Origin: an uncultured virus (IMG/VR IMGVR_UViG_3300032295_002297)
Lineage: Duplodnaviria; Heunggongvirae; Uroviricota; Caudoviricetes
IMG/VR virus record: IMGVR_UViG_3300032295_002297
Length of the DNA: 20,000 nt
Strand: one strand, 5' to 3'
Shown one piece after another: positions 17,873 to 20,000 of this stretch. The notes beneath the pieces are model-generated. The model was not told the DNA's origin, made no database searches, and worked only from the letters and a program-made list of their open reading frames with translations. Positions within the stretch are counted from its first letter, which is position 1. Each line of letters begins with the position of its first letter. Made by a program: the position numbers and the translations under genes.

Positions 17873-20000
17873 ATGTGGCCAAAGTTAACTAATATACAGC
17901 CAAACATCGCTAATAAAATAAAAAGTTATAGCGATAGTATGGAGGCATCTAAATTAAACGCTTGGATTAGAGTTTTTTCAGGCGCTAAAGTTGGAAATAA
18001 TAATGGCCTAATTATGCAATCTAATGTAAATCGTAAATTATTTAGATCGGTTGGGGAAACAACATCCACAATATATGGTGATTTACAATCATCAGGTGTA
18101 TTGGGTGTTGATTGGGGAAATAGAACTGTAGAAACCGGAGTAGGTAGAATATTAAGACCATCGCCTGTAATTACCGGATTCAATGTAAAGGAGGGACAAG
18201 ATCAAATATCTAGAAAAGCAACTTTGGAGTTGAAAGCATTTTCATTGGAACAAATGGAAAAAATTCAATCTTTTTTTTTAGAACCTGGATATTCATTATA
18301 TGTTGAGTGGGGATGGAATACTAGTGCGGGAATTAAAGGATTCACATCAACCGCAGGTGGTACTGATACCATAGTAAAAACTATTGCTGATAAAAGTTTA
18401 AGTTGGACTAATTTATCTACTACTAGAACAAATAGTGATGGTGAGTTTGATTGTTTTTTAGGATTTATAGTTGGTGGTAATGTATCAGGTGATTCTGAAA
18501 ATTTTAATGTAACGGTAGAGCTTAGAGGGGCTCCATCTCTACCAACATATATGCAAACCAATCAGGGAACTACACGAATAGATGCGGATGGTAAAGTTGC
18601 AGAAGCTAGAAAAGTATTAAGCCCATTTGGAACAATTGAATCTGAAACTACTGCACCTGAATTAAGAAGATTTGGGAAAATGTTTAATGATTTACCTGCA
18701 TTTAGACAAACTATTGATATTGAATCTTTAAAATCAAAAGCTAAAATAAATCAATTTATTAATTTTGATGAAGTTGTTAGAAAACAGGTACAAAATGCAG
18801 TAGCACCTAACTGGTTTAACGATGAGGCCATTGAAATAGAATTAACAACCGCAGATGGTGCATCAAAAAAAGAAATAGAAATAGTTAAAGAAGATTTATT
18901 TTCAGCACATCGTTTTATAAGAATGGATTTAGCGGTTGATATTTTAAATAAAATTGGATCATTGGATAGGTATGAAATTGGAGGAAAGGAAATTACATTT
19001 CAAATTGATATAAGTAATACAATAATAGGAGCATTTCCTTTTATGTTTTCAACAAAGGCAGATAAACTGATTGTTCCTACTGCTGTGCCTGATTTTTTTC
19101 AATACTATTTACAAACCTCTAAAATAGAACAATCGGCGGGTGGAAGGTTGATAGTTGATGGAACATCTTTACCACCAAGATATACGGCAGATGGTATGGA
19201 GATATTTGCTCCATATGAAAGTTTAAATAAATTTGGATTAAAAGAAAAGGGTGGTTATTGGGGATATTTAAATCGTTTGTTTGTAAATTTTGAATTGTTT
19301 AAATCAAAAATTGAACAAAAAAATAAAAATATTAGAGAGATATTTTTAGATATTTTAAATGAAATGTCATCGGCCGTAAATTCTTTTTGGAACTTTCAAA
19401 TAGTAGAAGGTGAATTTAAAGAAAACGCAGCTGTAGCTGAAGGCATTATAAATACAGAATACAATACTCCAAAAAAAGATGGTGATATTATTTTAACTGT
19501 AATTGATGAAAATTTTATTGGACAAAATCCAAACGAATCTCAGGCAGTATCATTTACGCACGTTGGAGTAGGCAGTGTATTTTTAGATGCCAATATAGAT
19601 ATTTCTATCCCAGCGGATATGACAAATCAAATTGTAATGACCAGATCGGGAAATTCATCAAATCCAGATGCCCCAATTGTGGGTATTGGTAAAACGAGTT
19701 TCTTTGAAACTACAGGTGATTTATTTATAACAACCCCACCTACAAATACTGTAGCTTCGGGTTCAGGTGAAACCGCCGAACAACCACAAAGTGCAGTTGA
19801 AATAAAAAAGCAAGAAATAGAAGCATTACAAAAATCAGCAGCTGATAAACGTGCTCAACGTGAACAAATTCCTGCAAGGGGAACAAATGAGCAACAAAAC
19901 CAAAGAATTGCATTATATCAAGCAGCAGCCGCAGACGAAGCAGCTGCTAGACAAATACAAAGAGAAATACAGGCCGCTGTTCAAGAAGAAAATAAAGCAG
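17873..20000 (+). CDS. Large baseplate hub-like structural protein (partial, runs off the window)
   Basis: ATG at 17873 starts MWPKLTNIQPNIANKIK...RPSPVITGFNVKEGQDQISRKATLELKAFSLEQMEKIQSFFLEPGYSLYVEWGWN. The same frame reads ...QEENKA at the window end. It is missing from the track because it has no stop in the window. The hub call rests on position after the LysM gene and the beta-rich N-terminus. Confidence 0.7.
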   Translation, partial: MWPKLTNIQPNIANKIKSYSDSMEASKLNAWIRVFSGAKVGNNNGLIMQSNVNRKLFRSVGETTSTIYGDLQSSGVLGVDWGNRTVETGVGRILRPSPVITGFNVKEGQDQISRKATLELKAFSLEQMEKIQSFFLEPGYSLYVEWGWNTSAGIKGFTSTAGGTDTIVKTIADKSLSWTNLSTTRTNSDGEFDCFLGFIVGGNVSGDSENFNVTVELRGAPSLPTYMQTNQGTTRIDADGKVAEARKVLSPFGTIESETTAPELRRFGKMFNDLPAFRQTIDIESLKSKAKINQFINFDEVVRKQVQNAVAPNWFNDEAIEIELTTADGASKKEIEIVKEDLFSAHRFIRMDLAVDILNKIGSLDRYEIGGKEITFQIDISNTIIGAFPFMFSTKADKLIVPTAVPDFFQYYLQTSKIEQSAGGRLIVDGTSLPPRYTADGMEIFAPYESLNKFGLKEKGGYWGYLNRLFVNFELFKSKIEQKNKNIREIFLDILNEMSSAVNSFWNFQIVEGEFKENAAVAEGIINTEYNTPKKDGDIILTVIDENFIGQNPNESQAVSFTHVGVGSVFLDANIDISIPADMTNQIVMTRSGNSSNPDAPIVGIGKTSFFETTGDLFITTPPTNTVASGSGETAEQPQSAVEIKKQEIEALQKSAADKRAQREQIPARGTNEQQNQRIALYQAAAADEAAARQIQREIQAAVQEENKA

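Noticed and set aside
133..18561. Short minus-strand ORFs in the track and the nested + strand ORF 9664-9909
   Set aside because: They overlap well-supported + strand genes and show no recognisable motifs, so they are shadow ORFs.
9078..20000. Extracellular contractile injection system (Afp/PVC) or tailocin instead of a phage
   Set aside because: There is a single sheath and tube, a gp26-like chaperone and a long tape measure, with phage-style motif and terminator punctuation and no Afp15-like ATPase in view. Capsid genes are outside the window, so it is disfavoured rather than excluded.
1..20000. Alternative genetic code (stop codon reassignment)
   Set aside because: Long genes are intact under the standard code, and TAA, TAG and TGA all appear at gene ends.
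1..20000. CRISPR array, tRNA, intron, intein or IS element
   Set aside because: I saw no spaced direct repeats, cloverleaf, transposase or homing endonuclease motifs, and the intergenic gaps are short.

Overview
This AT-rich window is all + strand coding and comes from a large contractile-tailed (myovirus-like) phage genome. The left part (1-8534) is a tightly overlapping, operon-like tailoring cluster: four SGNH-fold paralogues, a minimal DegT-type PLP aminotransferase, a cobalamin-binding radical SAM enzyme, a sulfotransferase-like protein and a NodU/CmcH-type carbamoyltransferase. The right part (8565-20000) is a tail module: a small protein, sheath, tube, assembly chaperone, tape measure, tube-initiator-like, LysM/gp53-like and a partial baseplate hub-like gene. 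Three signals are not explained by the ORF track. First, a likely programmed +1/-2 frameshift at a T7 run (12793-12799) fuses the chaperone to an unannotated overlapping frame. Second, a repeated ATATTTATA motif sits upstream of five consecutive tail-module genes and is a candidate late promoter. Third, there are two clear intrinsic terminators. All product calls come from motif recognition and gene order only; no database search was run.
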